64,000 bases of DNA from Anthoceros angustus (taxonomy: Eukaryota; Plantae; Anthocerotophyta): positions 2,046,001 to 2,110,000 of the forward strand of contig MU008155.1 in NCBI GenBank assembly GCA_010909165.1. The letters are read 5' to 3'. Of this stretch, positions 33,760 to 45,100 are shown in pieces. The notes beneath the pieces are model-generated. The model saw nothing but the letters and a program-made list of their open reading frames with translations, was not told where the DNA came from and did not search any database. The position numbers were made by a program, and so were the translations under genes. Within the stretch, counting starts at the first letter, position 1, and every line of letters starts with the position of its first letter.

Positions 33760-35619
33760 ATGAACTCTGGAGGTCACGCCGTGGATGGTGGCCAGCTTCA
33801 GGCTATGAGGTGGAAGCATGGGAGGGAGGAGCAGTCCTGGAGCCCGGAGCAGCTCGCCGCTGTTGGGAATCTGCTCGGCGCGATGAAGGATGGAGCGGAG
33901 TCGAGGAGGCGGAAGAAGGAAAAGAGCGCAACCGAATGCGCGCGGAGAGGGAGACGACAGCCCGCTGCCTTCGGGTTTGCGTCCCTCGGATTGGAGAGTT
34001 TCAAAGACGGATGGCGGAGTGGCAGCAAGCAGTCCTGGCGCGGGCCTGCCGCGGCGGAGGGAAGCTCCCACGCCGAGGCCTCGAACTCCCGTCCTGGATT
34101 TGCACGACTAGCCGGTGCCCTGTCCAAGGGGAAGAAGGTGTGTCCGAGAAACCCTACGGAATCTGACGAATTCCTGACCTTGAAAGCGAATTGCAAGCTC
34201 CGTGGCCCGGCTGTGACTGACCTCGACCCCGGCTCCTGTGGCTGCAGGAAAAGGTGGAGAAGATCGAGGAGGACGTGAAGGACGCTGCGAGGGAGGCCAA
34301 GGACCTGGCCAAGGAGGCGGCAAAGGACTTGCGCGTTCCTATCGTGCGGACCAAGGTGCCTGGCGTAGGGGAAATTCGCAGCATCACGCTCAAGCAGGTA
34401 GGGCATGTTAGAACAAGTGGAGAAGATGCATCCATATTGAAAGTGCGTCACGCTCTCATACCTTTCGTCTAAATCTTGCCCTTGCGCGCTATGCCAGTTG
34501 ATTTGCGGGATCATCTCTGGAGGATTCGCAGGAGTCGCTAGCACGCCATTCGCAATCTGGCGCACTCGCGTGGTGGCGAAGAAAGGAGGAGAGTCCTCCC
34601 CCGAGGTGCTGCGAAGCGTTGCTCGACATGAGGGACTGCAGACATTATTCCAAGGCAGCTTGCTGGTGGCGACATTCACGTCTGCGTTGCAGAAAGGCTT
34701 CCAGGTGAGATAGCTTGCAAACATCCCTCCTCTCCAGCCGCATTAGGGGAGGCTTGGCTTCCAAGAATTTCTCACTTGCCGCGTATGTGGTGGACTCATG
34801 GCAGTTCGCCACATACGAGGCGGTGAAGAAGTTCGAGGAGAAGCGGGGGCAGGATGATCCGCGCTGGCTCCCTCTGCCACGCGCCATTCCGATCTCCACT
34901 GTGGCTGGAGCCGCGGCAGGCGTGGTGTCCACCTTGGTCACGTATCCCTTCTCCGTGCTCCTGGACCGCACCGTGCTGGAGGTACGCGTCTTTCACTCTT
35001 CCGCCGGCTTCATCCGGATCCGGAACAGCTCCTTCACTCTCAACTTCACTGATTCCAAGAAGTAGCTTGCATGTCATACCAGCCTGCGGTGTACTCGTCC
35101 ATGACCGGGGCTGTGGCCACCATCCTGAGGGAAGAAGGCGTGGCGGGCCTCTACCGCGGCATCACCCCGGCTCTGCTGAGCATGGTCCCGGCCTCGGCCG
35201 CTGCCTTCTACACCTTCGAGGCGCTCAAGCAGCGGTGGAAGGAGTGGCGGGGGCCCGGGGAGGAGGAGCTGGGCCTGGTTCCGTTGCTCGTGGTTGGCGC
35301 GCTCGCCGGCGCCTTTTCCTCCACCTTGACTTACCCCCTGGAGATGGCGCGCAAGCAGGTGAGCATGGGAGCGCTGCCGCGCTCCGCCACCGGGCCGGGT
35401 GTAGGCTACGCCAACATGATGCACGCGCTGCAGCGCATCGCGGGGAGGGAAGGGTTCCGGGGCCTGTACCGCGGCATCACCGTGGAGTGGATGCAGACCA
35501 TCCCTTGCACTGCAGTCTCCTTCGCCGCCTACGAGATGGCCAAGCGAATTTTCGTCGCGGAAGGGGAAGAAAGCCGGGACGAAGTGAAAGACGCTCCCCC
35601 TGACGCCTCCATTCCCTGA
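33760..35619 (+). CDS. Mitochondrial carrier family protein, BRITTLE1 (BT1)-like, with long N-terminal extension, multi-exon
   Basis: Three carrier repeats with EG..L..G motifs (HEGLQTLFQG, EEGVAGLYRG, REGFRGLYRG), plus AGAAAGVVSTLVTYP and STLTYPLEMARKQVSMGAL. The start is uncertain because an acceptor-like site lies just upstream. Confidence 0.85.
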
Positions 35620-35862
35620 TTCGTACCACCTCCATCCAAAAACGCTCCCGGGACCTGGAGGACGTTTCCTGCTTTGACGCCTGATGGGGGGAATCGCGGG
35701 CCAGCCTTGCTTGTACATACAAAGATGTACCACGTTCATTCTCATTCGGGGCGTTCAAAACTCATCAACGAACAAGTGTAAATGGAGCTTTCTTCACGTC
35801 CAAGGAAACAAGCTGGAATCCAATCTGCGCTGTTGATCGGGAGGCTTTTCATTCCCAGTGCC

Positions 35863-38800
35863 TGACAAGTGCGAGCGTTCGCGAGAGCTGGTAATCGTAT
35901 GAATGAATGAATGAGATGTCGCTGTCTTGGACACGACTCTATCGCTGTCTTGGACACTCAAGAGTCGTGTCCTGACGGTTAGGGTTTGTCCTAACCTACG
36001 ACCTGTACAACTAGCGTATACTGTCACTCCCACTCAGGTCTAGAGTTAGGATGTGTATAAATTGTCATATTTACATATAATTTAATACTGAATGCTATGA
36101 AACGTAAAATCTAACAAGAAGACCTGATAACCCGCAAAGAAACTTCAAAGCGGTATCGGCATCATGTCAATCTTCACGTTCGACTTATTCTTCGATTCGT
36201 AGCTGTGCTCCACTTCAAAGGATTACCGGCTGACCTTAGGCCCATGGCAGCTGCATGTTCGTAATGCTTAACGCGTCCCAAAGCCTTTGTCAGGATGTCT
36301 GCGGTCATGACCACATGGGGCGATGAAAATCCTTACCAAACCTTGAGCTACAGTCTCACGAATGTAATGATGTTCGATTCCAATATGTTTGGTCCTTACG
36401 TGGAAGCGAGGGTTCATTGTCAACGCAATTGCACTCTGATTATCGCACAACAAGTCTATCGGCAGCTCCTGTGGTATGCCGAGCTCCCTTAGTGCTCCCA
36501 CTGACCAAGTGCTTTCCTTGCACGCCTCCGTTAAACTCTTGTATTCCGCTTCCGTAGATGATAGTGCAATTGTAGATTGCCTTTTACTACTCCAAGAAAT
36601 TACACCATCAGCTAAGATTGTAACATAGCTACTAATGCTCTTGCGGCTGTCTGGGTCTCCTCCCCAGTCAGCGTCACTATAGACTGTTAAATGCAGAGCC
36701 TTCTTTGCCTTTGAGCTATACAAAATTCCCCAATCATTGTTCGAAATGTACCTATAGACCCTTGTCATCGTCCTCATGAGTTCTGGGGTTTGAAACAAAC
36801 CGTGAAGTCATCCGAGGTGAAGGCAAGATCAGCTGCTTCCTATCATCAAATGCATCAGCTTCCATTCTTTGAAGGATACAATTCAACATATTGAGCGTCC
36901 TCTTCGTATATCGCCAACTTCTGTATACTTGACATTTTGCTCTCGAGTCGCAACAGCTGATCATGCCATATCTTTCTAAAATTTCCAAGGCATATTTACG
37001 TTGTACAGGAAAATAGTACCCGACCGATTTCTATGTAGTGCATACCTAGGCGTAGGCAAGTGCACCACGTAGTCTTAAAAGCTCTTCTCAAGTGCTCCTT
37101 TAATTCAAATATCATGCGTGAGAGTTCGAGAATGATTATATCGTCCACATAAATGGCAAGTGCCAAGAAATCTTTACTTTCTCTTTTACGTAGACATTCT
37201 TTGTCGACATGTAAGCCTTCATATCCAAGGTCATCAAGTATGTGTGAATTCTTTCATACCATGCTCGGAGCTTTGTTTAAGCCCATACAAAGTCTTGGAG
37301 CTTACATACCGGACGAGGCACATTTGGAGGCACTGGAACTCCCTGGAACTTGCATGAAAATCTCCTCGTCAGTTCCCATACAAAAATCTTGTAGTAACGT
37401 CCATTGCTCCACTCAAGATTATTGCTGATAGTGCTATAAACATGCGCAGGTATTGACTTCACTACTGAGCGTATCATCGTAGTCCACTCCGGTATTTGCG
37501 AATACCCTTTTGCAACCAACCTTGCCTTGTAACGCAATGCTCCCATCGCCTTGACTTTATCTTAAAACCCACTTGCGCCAACTTGTTTCCTATCCTGCAG
37601 AAGGTGACTATTGTCCAAGTTTGGTTTTCATACGAGATGCCAACTCAGTTGAATGGCTTTGTACCAATGCTCGGCGGGGCGGTCAGCCCGTAGGTTGGAG
37701 GTTCATACAGTGACGTTGGCGGCTAAACAGTATGTTAGATGTGACTTGGGATACCGAAATCCTCGGCCTCTGTGCGGTGGTCTCGTCCTCGAGGCTCGAG
37801 GCTCAGGAGTAGCATGTTGAGCCGGCCTTCTGTGCTGTCCATCTGGTGAGGCAGACGGGATCGCTGTCTCTGTCTCCTCAAAACTCAACGACCCAGCTAA
37901 AGGTGTAGCTTGTAAATTTCGGCTACTAATCGTGCGTCCAGGTGTCCGCATCGGTGTCTGCAGTCGGTGGTGGTGCGGGGTATTGCTGGTGCCAGGTGTG
38001 GCACGATAGCGGCGGAAGAGGAACTCGGAGTTCTCACCATCATCTCCTCTGAGCCATTTGGAAGAATCGTGCAACGATGCTCCCCTGGTGAGATTCACGC
38101 CTTGACACCACATCACGTGAATGGGTAACTACCCTCGTTCTTATTCGGGGACCTTATACCCTTGATTCCTTGGTGAACCCAATAAAAATGCGTTGAGTGG
38201 ACTTGGGTTCGAACTTCTTACGCAGTCCTTGTGGATGTGAGTATACACCGAGCCAAACACACGAAGATGCGAGAGATTGGGCTTCTGCTGTCACAATTAA
38301 AGGAGTCTTGCCTTAAGCGGTTATGTGCTATCACATTACGAATGTAGGTAGCATAACTTCCCTCCGTATGCTTTGGGCAAGTTTGCATAATGAAGCATCT
38401 TGGAAGCGAGATGTCTCCAAAGACCGATTTTTATTCTCGAAACCCCATTCTGTGGGGTATGGGCATTAAATCAATTGCCTACCTATGCCATCTTTGTTTG
38501 CAAACGCATCAAATTCTGGGAGACATACTCTCGCCATTATCGAGCAGTTTTTCAGACGACGGGTTTGGGTCTCACCCATATCTTGTACTCTTTGAAGCAT
38601 GCAAGAGTATCGATTTTTGCTTGAGAAAATACACTACATAGCGTGTGTAGTCAATAAATGTGGTAAGTACTCCTTCCCTCCAAGAGAAACCGGAGTTTTC
38701 CACATACATCACGTGAACTAGCCCTAATATCTCCGTTGCTCGGGTTGCTTTGCCGACAGGAAGACGACGCTTGTGTTTACCTAGGACACAAGCCGCATAC

Positions 38801-41127
38801 TCAAAATTGCAGATTATCAAGAGTGATACCTTCCACCGACTTATCTTGTACATAGTCAATACGAAATTGATATGACCAGTGAAGATGCCATGGAGTACGT
38901 AAGAGGTTTGGCATAGTGTGTGAAGTCGGTGAGTGCCTTTTCTTCTTTCATGTCGAGATGATAAAGATCGTCCTTTGCGTGCCAGTGGCCAAGAGGGTGC
39001 CATCCTTCGACTCAACGAGACACTTGCCGTCTCCAAAACACACATAACAGCCCGACTGATCCATCTTCCGAACTGAAACTAGGTTCTTTGCCAGTCCGGG
39101 TATGTAAAGCACATCTGAAATTTCTATGTGCTGATTGGGTTTCAAATCAAGTTGAATGGTGCCCTGACCAGCAATTTCATGCTGGGAATTGTCTCCTAAG
39201 CACACAAATTTTGCAGGTGTGCTTTCCTTCAACTTTGTAAAATATGCAGATGGGGGTCATATCTTTGCGAGGCTCCTTGTCATATACCATGTGTGTTGGA
39301 TGGCTGGCAAAGCAAGTGACCACATTGCAATGATGGAAGTTGTGATCTCGAGATGAGTTCAACTGTGGTGTCATGAATGACACTTGTAAAGAATGCCTTT
39401 GTATTTTTGCATAGTCACGCTAGATGACACAAGGTCCACCTTCTCGGCCGGTCTCTTGCGGCGGACTTCCTGGTATGATTTGTCATGCCGCAATGCCCTG
39501 AGGGGCTTGCCTGCGCCACCACCAAAGCTTAGAGGCCTAGAGTTATTACCTCGGCCACGACCTCGGCCCCTACCAAATGGGCGTCCTCGGCCACGACCTC
39601 TACCGAGGTTTGGCCGTCAAAGGGCCTTGTCTCCTCACGAGAAAGAGAAGTATTTGCTATTTTCCTTCTTGACTCTTACATTAACATTATGCTATCACTC
39701 GATTAAGCGTGATGGATGGTGCATCCTGCAGCCTTGTACCACACTTGACCAAGTTTACGGCGGTGTAGTAAGAAAGTGCGCAGGCTCCTCCTCCAATGCA
39801 AAACTGCAGAAACCAACTTGGCTCGATTGCGAAACTCAAGTACATGTTTATCCACAGTCTGTTTCTTTCATCTTGAGGCCCATGAATTGTTTTAACACAA
39901 AAGTTTGCGCATGAGATCCCTAGAGTCGTACAAGTCTTTTACTTGTTTCCACCGAGGTGGATTTCTTGACTCCACGAAACACGCCCGATGTGGGTGCTCT
40001 TGACACTAAAGTGAAGAAGTGTTGAGCTTCTTGGTCATTCTCCTCAGTAGACCAACTCTTGTGTAGCGGCACAGTTTGGGTGTAAACCGGGAGGTGTGCC
40101 TACACCATGGACATGTGCCCATAATTTTCTAGATTCGATTATTTCTTGCATACTCTTACGCCATACATGATAATTTTCACCATCAAACTTGTCTTCCTTG
40201 GGTATTTTAATGGCGGGAACTTGTGAAATGGTCTTGAGTACCCATTACATTGAGTACCTTAGGGATTAAATGGAAACCGAGGTTGCCTCGAGATTACGGC
40301 TTTCCGAGTTCTTTGGAGATATATAGGGTCACCTTCAATGCATAGGAGGCGATAGCAAATGTTCAAATATGTGCTGTAAAATGTGTGAAACAAACTCCTT
40401 GATTGATGTACAAAGGTTGATAGACCGGTGATTTATTGAACAAATTGGTAACATGATGATGTAAATGAGAAAATGCTTGATTGCGTCTTGGTAGAAGCAA
40501 GCACAAGGTTTCGACTAGGAGGGAGCAACATCGTGCTCAAAGAAGATCGAGACATCAAAGTTGCTCAAGTCATAACCATCAAGTGAAGGATACCCTTGTA
40601 CAACATTTGTAGCCATCGGTTCACAAATTATGCGATTTTGATCCAAACTGCTGCCGGTAGCGTGGGCGAGGCGTAAAAATGCGTTTCCTCCGCTCAATTC
40701 TCACACATTTAGCTCTTGGAGTCTTCTGGCTCTTCTTGCTAAACGTTCTCGTTTCCTCAGGCCAGGCATATCTCAGATCTCCACGATGCTACATCTTGGG
40801 GGGAGTAGGCCAGAAGATCTCAGAGAAGCAAGATTTCTTAAAATGAGAACCACCACGCGTTGGGGTGATTGTTGGTAACCGCTCAAGATCGATGAAGTCC
40901 GCTTGTTGCTCGGGTCGCTCCATCTTGAGTGGATGATGAAAGCCGGGCCGCAGGCGCACTCGAGAAATAAGCGGGGGCGCGACTTGGCTCTGATACCATG
41001 ACAAGTCGGCGTTGGCGTGTCGTATGAATGAATGAATGAGATGTATTTGTCTTGGACACTCAAGAGTCGTGTCCACGCGGTTGAAGGTTTGTCTAACCTA
41101 CACAATACAACTAAGCGTATCTTGTCA
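35863..41127 (-). mobile_element. Full-length degenerate Ty1/Copia retrotransposon with very short LTRs
   Basis: TG..CA LTRs at 35863-36026 and 40999-41127. TSD GTGCC (35858-35862, 41128-41132). PBS TGGTATCAGAGCC (40986-40998), PPT at about 36027-36036. Contains a gag knuckle, integrase, RT (YKARLVAKGYSQ) and RNase H (YSDADWGGD, STEAEY). Confidence 0.95.
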
Positions 41128-41289
41128 GTGCCATCAAAAGCATTGCTACGCTAGTTTCGAGGCCAAGGGATGATACCTTGAAGAAAGTATGGCCATGACA
41201 CTTGATGACCTCCATCGGTGAACCCGCGTCGGGACACACACCGTAGCGGAGATGTAGCATATTGGCCCAAATCGAATTCTTTTCATTCT

Positions 41290-41790
41290 TGAGCCGCTCT
41301 TTAGACAGAAGCGGCACGGAAAAATCTTGTCTTAGCTCTTTAGGTTCCTGCCGCAGGCGGCACGGAAAATTCTTGTGCGCTCTTTGTCTTAGCTCTTTAG
41401 ACACACAGAGCGGCACGGAAAATTCTTGTGCCGCTCTTTAGACACACAGAGCGGCACGGAAAATTCTTGTGCCGCTCTTTACTTAGACACCTGCAGGCTG
41501 ACACGGAAAATTCTTATGCCGCTCTTTAGACACAGTGACACAGGCGGTGTCTTGTGCAGCTCTTTAGACACCAGGCGGCGGAAAATTCTTGTGCAGCTCT
41601 TTAGACACACAGGCGGCGGAAAATTCTTGTGCAGCTCTTTAGACACACAGGCGGCGGAAAATTCTTGTGCGCTCTTTAGACACCAGGCGGCGGAAAAAAA
41701 TCTTGTGCTCTTTAGACACACAGGCGGCGGAAAATTCTTATGCCGCTCTCTAGGGCTCTGAGCGCAGGAAAATTCTTATGCCGCTCTTCA
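41290..41790. repeat. Tandem array of roughly a dozen 38-41 bp palindromic units
   Basis: Consensus GCGGC(A)CGGAAAATTCTTGTG(C)CGCTCTTTAGACACACAG. The best units contain the stem AGAGCGGCAC...GTGCCGCTCT. Confidence 0.9.
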
Positions 41791-41945
41791 TGCATGTGAA
41801 ACAAATTCTGAGTTTGAAGGTACCCAAGGGGCATTTTCCCTACCATGCTCACATCCCTTTTATCTCCTATCCAATGTTCTGTGAGGCACGACTTCTCCTG
41901 TCCAGTATGTGAGGCACGACTTCCAAGGCTATCACTCAGCTCCAT

Positions 41946-42090
41946 GCTTAAGGCTCCATTTTAGCATAGCGTCACAATTCACCCAAGGCCCTGCAAAACA
42001 AGCCTTCACCCAAGGCCCTGCAAAACAAGCCTCAAACCACATTTTAGCATAGCGTCACAATTCACCCAAGGCCCTGCAAAACAAGCCTCA
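41946..42090. repeat. Local direct duplications
   Basis: CATTTTAGCATAGCGTCACAATTCACCCAAGGCCCTGCAAAACAAGCC occurs twice, and TTCACCCAAGGCCCTGCAAAACAAGCC three times. Confidence 0.85.
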
Positions 42091-42124
42091 ATCCATTTAG
42101 CAAGCTGATGTGTTTGTGAGCGGT

Positions 42125-45100
42125 ACAACAACAACAACAACAACTTTATTTATGTCCACTAAGGATGGAAGAACCATCATGGGACAAAGATAGTACAGCG
42201 TAAAAGAGGTTTAAAAACCGAGTACACTTACGTCGTCTGAACTAGAGAAGCGTGTATGAGGGAAGCGAAGAAGGCAAAGACTACAAGGAGTCCAACAAGG
42301 ACTGCCAAGATCAAGAAGCTCGAGAGACATAGTCCGAGAGCCTAGGAATGTGGAAAGAAAAATCTGTGCGAAGCCGGCACATTCAAAAGAGAGTAACGAG
42401 ACCGAATATCGGCATAGGGGACAATAAAGAGGAAGTGTGATTCGATTCGGGATCCAAGGAGCAAAGCTTGCGATCCTATCGTCTTGGGAGGGGTAGGCTT
42501 GAGCCAGCAGTCGGTCTCAATCCGGAGGTGGTGGGAGCTAACGAAATTGACCTATGAGTGTGCGGAGTTTGAAGGAAAGAGGCGGGGTAGCGGGGCGGGG
42601 TAGGAAATTTGAGGGAGGATTAACTCCCTCGTCTTTGTAAAAGCGGAGTCTAGAAGTGAGAGGGGAAAAGGAAAGGAGGCGAGGTGGCAGGCGGGGTAGG
42701 AAATTTACGGAGGAGGATTAACTCGGGCTCGTCTTTGTAAAAGCGGAGTCTAGAAGTGAGAGGGGAAAAGGAAAGAGGGGACCGGTGAGGCGAAGGTATC
42801 TTAATTTAAGGGCCTATGAATGGGTGGTTGGGGGATGTGAGAAAGGGGAGTTGGGAGGAGGAGAGGGCCAGCGAGTCGAAAAAGGTTCAAACTCGAATCT
42901 TCTAAGCCGGGCAGCTTGAGAAAGCCAGCAAAAGAAGTGTGGTATTGAGCCGGAGGCGGCGGGAGGACCTAAAGGCAAGGAGGAGGTAAGGGGATCCAAA
43001 ATGGGATTAGCAATATCAAGGAGGTGGAGGCGGTAAAGAAAGGATGAGAGGCGAAAAAGGCCATCAAGTTCGAGGGAAAAGGCTGCAAATTCGAGAAAGG
43101 AGGATGGGTAATGGAGTGACGCTTACAAGCAATGTGGGCGGAGAAAGGAAGATTGAACCCTTTCCACCTTCGCCCAAGAAGAAGGGAAAGATCCCCCCGC
43201 CATACAAGGCGGAGGGAATTACCATAGTGTTGAGCAATGCTCAAGATTGATATCCTCAAGATTCATCCAGATAAAAGAACAGCGCAAAGCAGAGCCCATC
43301 CCTTGGTAGGGTAGCGGGAGGCGGAGGAGGTCCAATTAAATTTAGGACCGAAAATAGTGATACCCAGATAAGTATAGGATCGAACCATCTCCACCTCCTG
43401 ACCATCATAATAAAATTTGCAATCACCCTTGTAATCCCGAGTGTTGAACCGCATAATCTTGGTCTTGCGCAGATTGACAAAGAGACCCTTGGTTTTACAA
43501 AAAAGGGATAAAACATCCAGTTGCTTTTGCAGGCCCTCCGGGGAATGAGATAAAAGAACAATATCATCCGCATATAGGAGGATAGGAATACTTTCCAAAT
43601 AGCCGAGCACCGGTCGATCAAGAAGCCATTCCTCAAGCTCATCAATATACAACCCAAAGAGATTTGGGGACAAAGGGTCGCCTCGCAACGCCAAGTTGGA
43701 TAGGGATCCGTGGGAAGACAAACCACGGGAGTCTTGATTCGAGCAAAGACCCTTTGTAGAGAAGGGTAGCGGATGCCACAAATGAGGAGGCATCTTAAGA
43801 GATTGAAGTCTCCAAACAACTTATCCCAAGGCACAGAGTTGAAAGCACGCTTAAAGTCAACAAAACAAGACGTGCTTCTTGGATGTCGAGCCCCTTCAAC
43901 AATAGCCGGAGGGTAAAAGATGATCCAAAGTATTCGACCGGGGCGGAAACTGCCCGAGCACGCACCTTAGCCTCCTCACCCGAAGTAGTCAAGATCTCCA
44001 AACTAGAGCTAAAGATCTTAGCATAGATAGACTCCACGGTGATAAATCGGTAATTAGAAGGGAGATAAGGGTCGCCCTTGAGAATGGAGTGGATATCATT
44101 CTCACACCAAGGATCAGAAACCGAAAGACAAAGCATCATTAACAGAGAGGCAAGATGCGAGGAGAAGGAGGTAGAGTCAAGAACCGAATAAATCCCGTGG
44201 ATACCATTAGGGTCGATGTGTACCCAGCTTCCGGATAGCACGGCAACGATTGGCGATGGCGAGACCGAGGATCGAGGAATCAAAGGCGGGGAGGCAGAGG
44301 GATGTGGTAAAGACTATGAACATAGGAGAGGAGTTCAGAGTGGCTTTGAGAAGAATGGGTGAGCGGGTGGAATTCCTTCCAAAAGGCGAGCCACCGGGAC
44401 GCTTGAGGAGAGATAAGACGGTGTGTTCACTTGGATGAATTGGGACTTTTCATGGAGATGAAGGCTTTGTAAGGGGCGGTGGCTTTGTAAAGAGCGGAAT
44501 GATGGGATCCGGGAGGAGATTAAGTTGGCGCAAAGTGAGATGCAATTGAGCGCATGCGCTTACAATCCATCAAACCGGGGATGGCGGGGGTTGGTTTGCA
44601 CGGGAGGATGGCAAAATTTGAAAGGAAAAGTGGAGCGAGAGGTTAGACAAGAGAGGCGGAAGTGGCGTAGCAGCAAGAAAAGGGAGGTGGGGGAATGGAA
44701 GCAAGGGAGGAGGAGCAAGCTGGAAAATTGGGGTACAAGGTCTTGTGGAAAGGTGAATCTGGTGGAGGCAGTGGGAGGCGGGGGATCCCGAGGGGCGGAG
44801 GAACAAAGATCAAAACAATCGGCATGGTCGACTCCAAACATGTGGAGTCCAGAGTCCAGAGCCTAGAAATACGCGAGAGAAGGGCGTCACCAATAACATA
44901 ATCCAACTCGCTAGAAGAGGAACCATCATCAAGAAAGAATTACCTGTTGTCCGTCCAACGGGAGTCCGTTGAAAATGACCATGTTGTGGGATTGAGACGT
45001 AAAGGGCAACACCATAGGAATTTAGTGGATGGGTATCGAGACGAAGACCGATCGAGGCAGGGTCGGCGGATCCGGTGAGAAATTTTGTCGAAATCAAGGA

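Noticed and set aside
33798-34724. 308-aa minus-strand ORF (and 35074-35745)
   Set aside because: Antisense shadows of the GC-rich carrier gene exons, with no recognisable motifs.
41290-41790. CRISPR-like array of palindromic repeats
   Set aside because: The linkers are near-identical rather than unique spacers, there are no cas genes, and the context is eukaryotic.
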